DNA of 64,000 bases from Zygnema circumcarinatum SAG 698-1b (taxonomy: Eukaryota > Plantae > Zygnematophyceae), in the NCBI GenBank assembly GCA_037447605.1, contig CM074804.1, positions 7,541,909-7,605,908 of the forward strand, in the 5' to 3' direction. How positions within the stretch are numbered: the stretch's first letter is position 1; every line of letters begins with the position of its first letter. Position numbers and translations under genes: made by a program. Below are positions 48,393 to 61,031 of this stretch, in pieces. The notes under the pieces are model-generated. The model was not told the DNA's origin. It made no database searches and worked only from the letters and a program-made list of their open reading frames with translations.

Positions 48393-49414
48393 CACGCGAG
48401 CCAACAGGAAGTAGATCACTGGATCGAAGGTGTACAGGGGTGGTACAGGGGCTTGATAACGGAGTTTCAATGAAGGTGTGCGAGCGTGTCAGCTTGAGCG
48501 GGGTCCAACGTCAGCGCTGAACGAATGTCGCATGAGATCATCCCATTGGAAATGAAAGGCTCAATGTTTAAAGGAGGGGGACATTAGAGTCCCATCCTGG
48601 CATTCTAAGCGGAGACATAATTGCAGGGAAACTCGCTTATTGATTCGTTGTGCTTGACTGGAACAGATCATGTAGTTCCATAGCGGCTGTGATGCCATCC
48701 GTTTAGAGGAGACTTGCGACTGTCCTCAATGACATGCTCTGATCTGATTCAAGATGGGGCCATGTTTTTTAGCACGAGAGGCCTAGGCTTGGGCAGACTC
48801 CTGCACTCAACTGCCTAGAGGACCTTCTTTTTGTACGACCCACTGGCTGTAGCTGCAGCTGTAGACGCCCGCCCAATACTTGGCCAACTTCGGCAGGCAG
48901 TTCATTTGAGAACCTCTGAACCATCCTCCGGCCACATGCCTCCTCCGCCAATTCAAACACGTTCTGACCCTTGCTTTGGGCTCTCCGTGTAGTTACTCAG
49001 ATGCTTGCTGCTATGAGAAGAAGGGATAGGAAGGACTGGAGACACTTTCATGGACTGAAGTTATTTCCTTTGATAAGGTGTATAGGATGCACAGATACGA
49101 AGCATCTTAGGAAGAAAATTTTCCACTTCTCGTTTAGCCGGTCAAGTCAAGTGCCATTGTTTAGAAGTCATTGTGAGACGAACACTTCCGAGCTTTGCAG
49201 ATTGGAAAGGTCATATTCCACAAAAAGATATTGATGCGTGACATTTTCCGAAATGAAGAAGAACTTTCGAATTGCGCTTTTGAATTACCTTTGAATAGCT
49301 TTTGATGTAGAGCGACCATCGAAAAAAATTGGACAAGGAGCAAAGTTGTGGCCGGATCGCGGACTAGTCTTTGACATCCAAATATATGCACTAAAGAGAG
49401 GAAATGACACAATT

Positions 49415-49640
49415 GAGAGGGAGAGGGAGGGGGAGGGACAGCGGGAAGAGACCCGGGGAGAGCGAGGGAGAGTGGGGGGACAGGGAGAGGGAGATAAAGA
49501 GAGGAGGGGAGGGGAGGGCAAGGGGAGAGGAGGGGAGGGAGGGGGAGAGGGGGGAAGAGGGGGGAAGAGGGGGGAAAGGTGGGGGGAAGGGGTTGGGGGA
49601 AGGGAAAGAGGGAGAAGGAGAGAGAGAAGGAAGGGGAGAG
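49415..49640 (+). repeat. Polypurine G/A low-complexity tract
   Basis: GGGA/GAGG-rich intergenic run read directly. Confidence 0.8.
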
Positions 49641-50758
49641 CTGTGACAGCAACTGCATCAACAACTCTGTAAAAGCAGAATGCAACTTTGCAGCGAAGCA
49701 ATGACTTATTTCGACTATCATGTCAAGAAAGACAAGTTTGACACGTGTGGAGTAAACAGGCCCTCAGCCCCAATTTCTCATGTCTGAGCGAGGAGCGCAG
49801 CCAACGTTATTTCTACTAAACATATTTAGAATGCCCCGAGCTGTCTATGCTTGCAGCAACTGCCTCAATGAGGAAAGAATAGTTCCACTCCCAACTGCAA
49901 AGCAAGGAAGCAGTGAGAACAATGGAAACAGCAGTACCTCTCTCGTCATTTACGTCCAAACAATGAGAAATTCACTCAGTGTTCGACGCATTTCTAAGGC
50001 AGACAGGTCAGATCCCAGAGGAAGTTTACTCACAGTGGGCATACCACTGGCGTTCACCCTATCTCCTCGCAACAAAGCGAATGCAGAGAAGCTAAGGCTC
50101 CCCTGAATGTACACATCCATTGCGAGCTACAAAATAAAGACTGAAAGATCAAGGCCTGAAGAGAAGTCAAAGTCTGACTTTTGCATGTGAGACCATGTAC
50201 CCGCAAACATCTTCAGTGCATGGATGCTTTGCTCAGGAGCTCGACCTGTGGGGTAAAGTAGACAGCCCAGGACTGTCTGACATTTTCAGAGGTGCAAAAA
50301 GCTACTATTTCCCAACAACATTCAGTCGCTGGAAGCAGGACAAGAAAGCCTTTAGGCATGGCTCTCAGTAAGCCATATATCAATAATTTTTTCTGTAGTA
50401 TCTTAATCAAAACTCAGACATTAACATTTGGCCTAAAAAGAAAAAGGCTTTTTGAAATTCGAGCACTAGTCTGAAAAGAGGGTGAACACAACAGGATTCA
50501 ATCTTACAGGCCACTCTATTGACCACTATTTCGTATCCAAGCCTGCACAAGTTCCTGTTCAACGAAACCATGACTTGCGTCAGAATCAAGTTCAAAGTAT
50601 TCAAGAACCGGTAACTGCGAAATCCTCTCTCTCCTCCTTGACCTAATTTGCGTCATCAACCCTAATCTAAAACAAATATTCAGCTACAGGTCAACATCCT
50701 GCACATCCTCACACTTTCTTTCGATTCCCTTTCCAGAAAACCTCCTCACCTCACTGCC

Positions 50759-51076
50759 CTAACTCTCCTCCTCCTCCTCCGCCTTCTTCTTCAACGTACT
50801 TCCCAAAATCCGCACATCTTTCCCCCAGCCAACCTCCTGAATAGCACCCAAGTACTGCTTCACAAGCTCCCTGCAGTTCTTGTAATGGTTCACTCCCTCC
50901 AGCTTGTAGCACTCCTTAAGCCGCGCCCGGATGATCTTGGCAGTCTCCATCTCCACGAGCTTCTCCCTCACCAGCCATTCGCGGTGCTCGAGCCGCGCCA
51001 CAGCATCCGCGTATGGCCGCTCAGGGTCGTACTCAGGCGCCGCTTCATCGAATTTCGGCTTCCCCTTAAAAACCAT
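50759..51076 (-). CDS. NDUFB10: Mitochondrial complex I accessory subunit NDUFB10 (PDSW), single exon
   Basis: MVFKGKPKFDEAAPEYDPERPYADAVARLEHREWLVREKLVEMETAKIIRARLKECYKLEGVNHYKNCRELVKQYL...VGWGKD has the plant NDUFB10 pattern (C-Y-x2-EGVNHYx-x-C and GWGKD). Confidence 0.92.
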   Translation of the reverse strand: MVFKGKPKFDEAAPEYDPERPYADAVARLEHREWLVREKLVEMETAKIIRARLKECYKLEGVNHYKNCRELVKQYLGAIQEVGWGKDVRILGSTLKKKAEEEEES

Positions 51077-51690
51077 GGCTGCCTCCTCTCCTTCCTCCCT
51101 CTCTGCCTCCTCTGGAAGCACGAGCAAGCGACGCGTGGCAGTCGGCGAGGGGCTGCAGCCTCTCTGCCCTCTCGACGCCCTTCAAAAATAAAATTTCCGT
51201 CTGAATGAAGCTCCGTTTGGCGGAGGAGGGGACCATTTTAGAAATTATTTTCCATTGGAACCGCCATCCTGATTTCGTAGCCATATTTGCCGATTCACTC
51301 TCTCTCTCAAATGCTTCTGACGGGCAATCTAAATTTCCTTTCTTTTCTTAATTTTGTTTCTCTTTACTAAAAGTTTCTTCAAATTGCTTCATTGGTGATG
51401 AAATATGACCCAAAAACAGGCAGGCTGTGCCCCCAAAGCAGAAGGGAGAACCAAACCGGGTTTGAGCCTCACAGTTTAAAAAACCAAAAACATTTCATGA
51501 AATTCAGTGCCAACAATCCTCACACAACCAACTGCTTGCATTCGACATTTCTCGCTTTAGAAAAAAGGAAAGCAAAAGGCTTCCTCCCAACAAATGCCCA
51601 TCATTAAGCCCTAACTCAACCTCCCAACATCTCCCTCCGTTCTCTGCCCACTCTCTCCTCTCTTCGCCTTCATCAAACCCCATAACCTAA

Positions 51691-52725
51691 CTACTCCCTA
51701 TTGCTCGGCGGACCTTTCCCCTGCCCCCCCCCTGCTTTAGAAGAGTCTCCTTGCAGCAGCTGCTCCCCTGCAGCCCCCTCCGCGAGCCCTTCTTGGTATC
51801 CCACCACAAACTCCTTCACAGCATCCCTATAAGCTGCAGCTCTCGCCAAAAAGATTCGCTGCAGAACAGGGCGCATGCCCTTTGCTCCCGTCCTTGCAGC
51901 CACAGCTGCCATAAACACAAGAGTTTCCTTTAAGAGAACAGTTCCTTTCCTTTCATCCAACAATGCAATGATGTTCATGATTTTGCTTGAAGGGCTTCAA
52001 AGGGCAAGGTGATTGATAGACCCCCCTGTTCATGCTTGCAAATCTCTTAAGAAAACTAAGCAAGCCCACCGTTTTGCAACCCTAATTTACAGAAGCAGAA
52101 ACACAGGAGCAGGCTGCCGGCACTCCCATATGGCTCTCCTTCCTCCTCACCTAAATCCTCTAGCAGTGAGGGTTCAGCCTCCCTTCGCTCCCTTTTGTGG
52201 CCAGTCTCGCCCTTTGCTTCCTCTGCCTGCGGAAAGCGAGGGTCTTGAATGGGGCCCCTCCAGCTGGCCACATAGTCCCGCCCTGCTCTTCGAAACACCT
52301 GAGCGATACAGAAAGGGTTTCAGATTTCATTTGAAATTCAAAGTTTCAATAGTTGTTAATGCTTGTTATGACTCCCTCCCTCCCTTTCCTGGCATCGCTA
52401 CAGGATAGAGGTTCTCATGCAGAGATGATAACATTCAAGCTGCTTTACAGTGGGGTCTAAAGGACATTATTAACATCCAATACTGGCAGGGGGAAATAGG
52501 TCTAAAACTCCAGCTAAACCCTAAACATGACCTTTATCAAAAAGATCAGTGAAACGAGCAAGAAAAAAGAGGTGGGAGCCAAACCTCCACATGATCTTGG
52601 AAGGTGAGTTTCCTCCTCTTGGTCGCCAGCGAGGGGGGGTCCGGCAGGGAGGAGGGCCATGCAATTTCCCGAAAGTCGTGCCTGAAATAATGAATGATCT
52701 TCCTTGCCGCGTTACGCCACTTCAT
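51691..52725 (-). CDS. Conserved plant protein of unknown function, 3 exons
   Basis: Exons 52725-52585, 52298-52151 and 51905-51691 splice in frame: MKWRNAARKIIHYFRHDFREIAWPSSLPDPP..KRRKLTF..VFRRAGRDYVASW..EPSLLEDLAVAARTGAKGMRPVLQRIFLARAAAYRDAVKEFVVGYQEG. The pattern is familiar from land-plant uncharacterized proteins, but I cannot name it reliably. Confidence 0.8.
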
Positions 52726-53550
52726 ATCCCAAAGGCTGCCAAAAAAAAAGACAGCTCACTTGCCATTTTTCAATGAACTTATAACCCTAACTGAACATAA
52801 CGAGTAGCATGGAAACCAGTGCTGCTGCCACCCTGACAGCGGGTCAAGTGGCAAGGGAGAGGAGGAGAGAAGGCAAAAATTTGTCGCTTGCTACCCCTAC
52901 AAATGAAAAGCTTTGTTTTTTCAAGTGATTGAAATACCTGTCACTTCGTCTTCTCTTCGCGGTCCATGACCTCCCTAACAGCTGTCCGCATCTTCTCCTG
53001 CTCTTCTTTTTTCAGTCTTCGGTGCTCTCTCTGTACTCAAGTTCGAAGGGAGAAAGAAACGAGAACTAAGACTAACCCCAACTTACAGATAGACCCCAAA
53101 TTCTGCGGATCGTCTGAAAAGGTTAAACACATGCTTCTCTTGTTCAATGGAAGATGAGCACAGAGATTGATTACAACAATGCTGCATTCAAACATTTGCA
53201 TTTCATTTGAAAAAACTGAAGGGAGTCATATCTCTTTTCCTAAGCACTTGGTGGGGGTCTCTATCCCATAAAACGGAACCAGATATGGTTTCTACGATTT
53301 GAGAGTTTCAGGGTCGATTGGAATTTTAGGAAACAGAAGGCAATCAGTGGAAAGTTAAAGACTTCAAGTTGAAAAGACCACATGAGTGTTCACATTTCAG
53401 CCTGTTAATCATCCTCTAGCCCCCAAAAAATGATCTCTCATCAATCAAAGGATAGTTCAAGGAAACGGCGAAACCCGCCCATTGTGAACCCTACAGCCAG
53501 AATCGAAGTTCCTCAAGTTTACTTCCTCCCCTACCCTCCATTTCCTCAAC

Positions 53551-53715
53551 CAAACCCTAATTTCTTAACCCAAATTCCTTAGCCCTAATTCCATAACCCA
53601 AATTCCTTAGCCCTAATTCCATAACCCTAATTCCTTAACCCTAATTCCTTCGCCCTCATTCCATAACCCTAAATCCGTAACCCTGATTCCATAACCCCAA
53701 TCCCTGCCCTGAACC
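53551..53715 (+). repeat. Degenerate 14-bp minisatellite (AACCCTAATTCCWT), telo-box / telomere-like
   Basis: About 11 imperfect units such as aaccctaattccat, aacccaaattcctt and agccctaattccat. Confidence 0.8.
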
Positions 53716-53829
53716 CTCGCCCCCTTGACACCAACCCTAACTCCTACACCCCCCACTCCCTCCTCTTCCCTTCCCCCCTCCCTTCCCCCCCTTAACCCTA
53801 ATCCCTGAACCCTCCCCCCTCAGCCCCAA

Positions 53830-55915
53830 ACCCTAACCCTTTCCCCGGGGGGGCCACGTGGCGCACCCTCCGCGCCCAGGCGGGCAGGTCGCAGACGCCG
53901 TCGTAGAAGGTCCCCGCGGAGAGTCCGAAGGCGCAGTTTGCCGCCAGGAACCAGACGGCCGTCAGCAGGGGCCGCCGACGAATCGGCATGCGCCACGTCA
54001 CCCCAGGGCGGCGCTGGGCGTGCCACGTGGTAGCTCCACGTCACCCCAATGCGGCTCTGGGCGTGCCACGCGGCAGAGCCACAGTCGTGAGACGCCGTCG
54101 GTCGGCACGGGTCAGCGCAGTCGTGAAATATGATTGGCCCTCACCCAAAAAAAAAAAAAAAATCAAAAAAAAAATTGATAAAATTAATTAATTAAATTTA
54201 AAAAAAAAAAATTAAAATTATTTTCTCCATTTGTAAAGCGAGCCATGCGGGGATTGATTGCAAAGCAATGCAATGCAATGTTTGGAACAAACCCATTTGG
54301 GCCGAATGCTGTGTATGCGCTTCGGTAAAAGGCTTTGCAGCTTCATCTCATCGTCTCTTGGTCTCTGGCGCTTTCAGGACCCAAAAGCGACGATGGAAGT
54401 GTTAGTTTGATTGCGGAAAATGTTAGTCAGCGAGAATGTGGTTAGCGCTGGTTGATTAGTAGATGTGCATGGTTAACTGCATGGTTTGGTCAAGTGAGTA
54501 GTGTCTCGTGACTAAAGCAGGAAGTGGTGGCTAGAACTCGAAGGCGGAAGAAGAGAATCGCTGATTGGACTACACCTGACCAGACCAGTTCACTAACTAA
54601 GGCATGAAAATGTTGGCTAATTCGCCTCCATGACCACGACCTGCCGTCTAGTCAGCACAATTTGTAGATCCTAGTCACACGTGTGATCGAAAGTGACAAC
54701 GCAACTGTCTGCCCTCCACGGAACGGGCTTTATGTCGATATCCGTTTAACGGGATGATGTTGACCGTTCGGCGTAACACACAATCTCCGTCACACGTGGC
54801 AAGTCACGCGCAGTACGGCGGGGAGGGAAGCTTCCAAGATTTCTATTCCGACCGTACGGGAGCTTTGTCCGAAAGTAGGTTCAAAAAACGACAAAACGAA
54901 GGCCCGCCCGCGTGAAGCTCGGGCGCAGTACCACGTGGAGTCGTTGACTGCGGGCAGCCGCGGATTGACGCCACGTGGTGGTAGGTATTTCGGCGCGGCA
55001 TTGATGACGGCGGCGGGCAGCGCGTCGTCGTCTACGTTGCGCCCACAGGCCAAACCGACCAACCGATAGAAGTACGGCCATTCTGTCCCGGTCTGAACAC
55101 CAAGGACCAATCTCCGCCGTCCGCTCTGGTGATCTTACGGCGGAGGAACTCCCGGGTCCGCAGAAAAAAGGGCAATCCCCTCTGATTGGCTGCGCGACTT
55201 CGACCTCGATCTTCGTGGCGCGCTAAGCGGGGGTCACGCCACGCGCCTAAGTTTGAGCACTGCTGTACTTGATTGGCAGCCGGCTCGCACTTGCGAGTCC
55301 TTCTGTGTGCGACGCGTGGCGAATGTGGTCCCACCGAGACCCAATCTTCCACTTACGACCACCGTCGATGGCTGTCGGAGGATCCTTCAGCAGCGTCCGA
55401 TCAGCCATGAAGATACGGATGACGTCATCCGTCCGCTCGCCGTAGAATCACCGTGTAGCCGTGATGCCACGTGGAGCCCTCGCTAGACCTCCCCCCCCTC
55501 TGCCGAGGGACGCTTGTCGGGACCTGCGACAAGATCTGTCTTACTGCACGGACGGCCCGGATCGCCCATCGACCAAAATATGTGGCCACTGGCGTTATTT
55601 CAGTCGTTCGATCTCTGACATTGCCGATCAGGCCTGCACGCGCGCCCCCACCGACCAGAAAGCGCCGCCGCGCAGAATGAAATTCCTGGGAAAAGGCCGC
55701 CGTTGTGTCGGTGCGCTCTGGCGCTTTCGAACGCACGCCGACACGTGCCGCGTTTGGCCTCGCCAAAAGCGCCGTCCCACCGGTTGAACCGTCGTCTTGT
55801 CCAGACACGTGGCGTTCGGGAAGTGGTCTGGAGAACGACGGAACCGTTTTCTATACCGAGTCGTTCCCACTGCAATCTGGGATTTGGCACTCCATAAGGC
55901 GGCGGGGGGGGGGGG
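53830..55915. promoter_or_regulatory. CpG-rich, G-box-rich intergenic region between divergent genes
   Basis: CACGTG at 53855, 54024, 54678, 54793, 54932, 54972, 55468, 55742 and 55806, plus a 43-bp tandem duplication at 53993 and 54036. Confidence 0.55.
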
Positions 55916-56010
55916 TCCTGTCATCGGCAGCTGCAAGAGCTGTGCTTTCAGAGTGAGGGTCCTCTCACCGGAAGCTGCAAAACTTTGCTTTCAGAGTAAG
56001 ACTCCTGAGA

Positions 56011-57244
56011 ATGAGTAACATGGGGAAGCAGTTAACGAATGGATCCATGGGGAATAAAAGGGTTCGAGAAGAAGAGGAATTCTCTGGAAGCAAGAAGGCA
56101 CGACGCCTCAGCAGCACTAGCAGCTGCAGTGAGGAGAGGGGGAGGGAGACACCGGGAGATTTAGGAAAGAAAAGGGCTCGAGAAGAGGAGCTATATGGAA
56201 GCAAGAAGACACAACGTCTCAACAGCAGCAGCAGCAGTAGCGAGAGGGTGGAGGAAGAAGAAAGCGATGACGATTGTGTCATCCTCCCTGGAAACCCTAC
56301 GGCGAAAAAGGACACCGCGGAGAAAGTGGAAGCCGCGGAGGCGAAACAAGGAGAGGACGACGACGACGAGGACGTCGTCATATTGGGAGAGAAAGGACCG
56401 GTAAGTGGGGCTTGGGTGGAGCTCTCGCTTCTTTACAGCATTTTAGACAAAGAGAGAGGGAGAGAGGTGGGTAGAGAGATCTAATCTTGCATGGGAGGGT
56501 GGAATCGGCAGGTGGCGTGCCGCGATTTCGCGCACGCTCGTCACGACTGCATAAAGTTTAAGTTTAAGGCGTCCATCATCTCTGACCACCATCAGCACTG
56601 CGAGAAGGTAAGGAATGTTCGAGAATTGAATTTTTTTTGTATTATTTTTTTTTAATATTATTATTTTTTTCATTTTTTTTTTTTTTTTTTTTTTTTAATA
56701 AATACTTATGTCTGTATTGGGATGTTCTGCGCAGTGCTTCTGCTACGTGTGCGACTGTCGCGCACCGTGCTCGGAGTGGCGGATTCACTGCCACGCTACC
56801 AACAAGGAGTTCCTTTGGAAGGCGCTTCGGACGGCTGCAAGGATTGCAAGGAATGGCGGCGTTGAGGAGGAAGAGGAGGAAGAGGACGACTGGGAGGGGG
56901 TTCCTATCATTCCTATCAAGGACATTCCGGTAGCAAAGGAGAAACTGGAGGAAAAAATAGTTGTAAAGATAGAGAAGGGAGAAGAGAGAAAGCGGAAGGA
57001 GGATGAGGAGAGCGATGACGACGACTGCGTCATCCTCCCTTCAAATCCCTTCGACTCGGACGCCACGGAGGAGAAAGAACGCGAAGAGGAGAACGACGAC
57101 TCGGATGCCGCGGAGGAGAAAGAACGCGAAGAGGAGGACGACAACTCGAAGGAAACTGATATAGACTTCAAAAAAAGGTCTGACCCGGTGGCTGACACCG
57201 TCAAAGACCTGCATGTAGTAAAAGAGGAGGCGAAGGAGTGTTGA
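56011..57244 (+). CDS. RIN13-like (RPM1-interacting protein 13 family) Cys/His zinc-binding protein
   Basis: Exons 56011-56400, 56512-56607 and 56735-57244 give DVVILGEKGPVACRDFAHARHDCIKFKF...HHQHCEKCFCYVCDCRAPCSEWRIHCHATNKEFLWK, the family signature. The C-terminal extent is uncertain. Confidence 0.82.
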
Positions 57245-57322
57245 TTCTCGGTAGAGTGACAGCGCTTGGGACGAGGGGCTGGGACGCATTTAGGTCCTCA
57301 CTTTGACCCTCACTTTCACTTT

Positions 57323-57666
<344 letters not shown>

Positions 57667-57735
57667 AATAGAGAAAGAGAGAGAGAGAAAGAGAGAGAGT
57701 GGCAGGGAGGGGGGAGGAAGGAGGGGGGAGGGGGG

Positions 57736-58507
57736 ATGTCCCGCGCCAACCTGGAGGACCGCGTGCTGCAGAGGGCTGCCATGGCTCCTCCACCTGCTTA
57801 TGTTCCGCATCATGTCAATCCTACATGGGTGCCGCTGGAAAGGATGACAACGGAGTCGTTGAGAGGTTATGGGCAGGATGTTCTACAGAGCAGCAGGTAC
57901 ACCCCGCAGCAGATAGCCAACCAAGGCCTTGGCCAGGGTCAGGGACCGATGTCTTCCAATGGGGAATCCTCTGCGGTGGTGCGCCACACTAGTATTGCGA
58001 TCAGGCCCGGAATGGCCTATCAGCCGCGGCCCCGCCACGTGCCTGCTGCTGGAGTTATTGGCAGCGGCATGGCACTATCCAACAGCTCTGTTCGCTCTCT
58101 GCCGCAGACATCTGTCAGGCAGCAGCCTCCTCTGGATGAGCATGAGGCAGATGAGGAAGAATGGCTGCAAGCAAGAGACCACAAGCAGGAAAGAGATTGT
58201 GCGGCCGCAGATGGTCGTGTCAGAGGCCAACAATGAAATGGGGCAAGCGGATATGATGTGGCCCAGCTCTCGCACGTACTGGCAGGGTCTCGGGTCAGGA
58301 ATGTCATCGATGGGAATGGGTATGGGTCATTCTTCAATGGGATTGGAGGGCAGAGGCATGGGGCTTGCTCCTCCCGTCACTGTTCGTACACTCATTCAAG
58401 TCCATGCGGCTCCACGCCGGTCACGAGAAGAAGAAGATGATGATTCCAACGAGTCTATTGAAGGGGAAGCTGCCACGCGGCAGGTTCTTAGTCAGTTGAG
58501 TCTTTGA
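57736..58507 (+). other. Coding-like low-complexity stretch in two overlapping frames, possibly a frameshifted extension of the RIN13-like gene
   Basis: ORFs 57736-58236 and 57929-58507 have protein-like composition and appear to hand over near 58180-58200. No homology recognised. Confidence 0.3.
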
Positions 58508-59140
58508 GAGGAAGCTTCCGTCCCTGCTTTGGAGTAACGTGCCTGCATTTCCTGAAGGCAGGCAGGGAAAACGTGTGGGAAGGAATCATGGAGGCGATTA
58601 TTTGAGTGTCTTGTGCCCAGCCCTCGCACCGATCGGATATCACTTTGCAAAGAAGAGGGCGTCCACCAAGCTTTTTTATGGCAAAGCAATCATCGGCTGT
58701 GGCAAGGCTAGCTTGGTGGTGCCCTGCCATTGCATTGCATGGCATGCCTGGCCATGTGCGAACATGGGAGTTCGGTTTTGTTCCATGGATTGGCATGCCA
58801 TGAGGTCTTCTAGTATGCTATGGCATGGCAGTGCTGGCTATCCTGTCCATAGCACCAAGTAGGCTTGATGTTAGGGGAACTGGGAGGGAGGTGGGTTTGC
58901 ATGTATGTTGTGCAGTATATGGGGCCCCTGTGCCAAGTAGTCCTTTTTTAGCTATGTTTAGTTTATGGGGTGGTCTTTTTTAGCAGAGATATGGGCAGGG
59001 ATAAGTGCAGAGGCTTGCCTTTGTAGCCAAGGTCGTCCTCATCAGTTCATGGAAATCACTTCTTTATTGATGGTTTTACACAAAGAATTCATTTGTTTGC
59101 GCAACACTTGTTGGGTTTACAAACTCCTACAATCTTATGG

Positions 59141-59176
<36 letters not shown>

Positions 59177-59186
59177 NNNNNNNNNN

Positions 59187-59217
<31 letters not shown>
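59141..59217. other. Poly-A tract containing an assembly gap (9 N at 59178-59186)
   Basis: The N characters are in the sequence. Confidence 0.99.
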
Positions 59218-59218
<1 letters not shown>

Positions 59219-59497
59219 AGACTTGTCCTCTTTGAGGATGACGCTGCTAAACTTCTATCTCACTGAAATACTGGAACTGCAAGTGACATAGACACCGAGT
59301 ACAAAAATGAATGCAACAATCCACAAGTGCCCTCTACGCCGACCGCTGTGGCCAACCGCGAATGGCTGCGACGGCAGCGGCTTCCTCGAGCACTCGCTCC
59401 GCAACGCTCACCGCCTCCCCCTTCCTTCCCAAACTCGTGGACTTTACGCACATCAAATGCCAAACGCCCCCCCGGTTACAGACCGAAAGAAACGGAA

Positions 59498-60726
59498 CTA
59501 CTTTCCCATGAGGGTTTCAGCCGGACCTCCTCCCGGACCCGGTATTTGTCCGATGTGGGTTTCCACAGAGCGAGTGGGAGAGGGCCCCTCCTCCTCCTCC
59601 TCCTCGGACGGGCGGAGGGGTCGCGAGGGAGAGAGCCCCTTTTCTTCATCGTCTCTTTGCGACCCTTCGCCCGGCAGTCGTACACGTACTTGGAATACTG
59701 CACGGGACAGCCAAACAGAAAAACAGATATTAAAAAAAAAATAGAAATAAAATAGAAATAAACTTATAATAAAAAAAAAGAAAAAAAACGAACAAACAAC
59801 AAAGGAAATAAACAGGACAGGATAAACAAGAAGGACAGAAGAAGAACACGAAACAAGATACAGCAAACAAATAAATTCAAAATTTTCTGGTTTGAGAATG
59901 ATCTCCCCTCACCTTTCCGCGCTCTCCCAAGAGGGCGATGTCGTCCTTCTCCTCTCCTCGCGCGTTTCCCTCCCACTCCCTTACTAAGCATTGAATATTC
60001 CTTCTCATTGTCTTCATCCCCCCTCCTCTGTCTCTTCGTTCCTCTCACTCTTTCTACTTCCATTTCCTCCCCAGATTCGTTGACACTTCCGCATTCCCTC
60101 CTTCCTTGCATGCAGTTGCAGCAAAACGTCTATCACAACCACAGGTACAGCCCATTCGCATTACCTGCTTCCATACAAAGGCAGAAAGGCTTTCTGGGTC
60201 TTCCAAAGAAAATTGGAAAAACGAGGGAGGGAGGGAGGGAGGGAGGGAGCGAGGGAGTCCCACTGACCTTGCCTGTCTCGTGAGATTCCGCAAATCTCGC
60301 CATGATCCTCAACGGAGGGAGAGAGTGCAGCATCACTCCGCACCCTCTCAGCATCTCTCTTCTCCTCTCCCAGAGCACATTCTGCCCGGCCCTGCCCTCT
60401 CACACCGCCTCTCCAACACTCACACACCACATAACCGCAGCACCTCTGGAGCCGGGCGCGCATGCAAACGTGCTGCGCAGTTTGAGGCAGAGGGAGCAGA
60501 AGGAGCGATCTGCAGAGGCAGGTGCGAAGAATGGAGGCGAGAGGAGAGGGGGGAAGGAAGAGAGGGAGGGAGGCAATACCGCTGCAGCAGGGAGGCGGCG
60601 GGAAAGAGAAGAGACGCGCAGGCGGGAGGGAGAGGGGCGGCGCGCTGGCGAGGAGGAGGGGCATGCTGCGCAGCTGTAGGCGGTCGCCTCCACGGCGGCA
60701 AGAGCAGCGGCTTGGGCTGCCGCCAT
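59498..60726 (-). CDS. Putative small plastid-targeted protein gene, exon structure unresolved
   Basis: ATG at 60726 begins an Ala/Ser/Arg-rich transit-peptide-like stretch (MAAAQAAALAAVEATAYSCAA...). There is a textbook short intron with a polypyrimidine tract near 60578-60510 and a plausible last exon after the acceptor at about 59698 (VFQVRVRLPGEGSQRDD...GK*). No family recognised. Confidence 0.35.
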
Positions 60727-61031
60727 AGCTGCCTGCGAGGGCTGCAGGTGAAGGAGAAGTAGAGGGAAATTGAGAGTGAGAGGGAGAAAAGAAAGTGAGA
60801 ACCACGCCACGTGGAGCGCCCGAAACGTGGAGGCCTGTGATTCGCGAAGGGATTCAATGAAATATTTATCGCGTGTACTAAGGCAGAGAGGGGCCCTCTG
60901 CAGGACCTTTTTTTTTTACTCCTTTTGTAAAGCGAGCCATGCGGGGATTGATTGCAATGCAATGGAATAGGGGGAGTCAGACCTTGACCATCGCTTACGA
61001 AATTCCCGAATTCCATTGCCAGTAACTACAA

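Noticed and set aside
52935-53030. Exon-like segment REHRRLKKEEQEKMRTAVREVMDREEKTK* on the minus strand
   Set aside because: It stops before the donor and I could not link it to a start. More likely a 5' UTR exon of the 51691-52725 gene.
59141-59217. Long poly-A suggesting a retroposon tail
   Set aside because: It spans an N gap, so its length and context are unreliable, and no TSD or retroelement body is seen.
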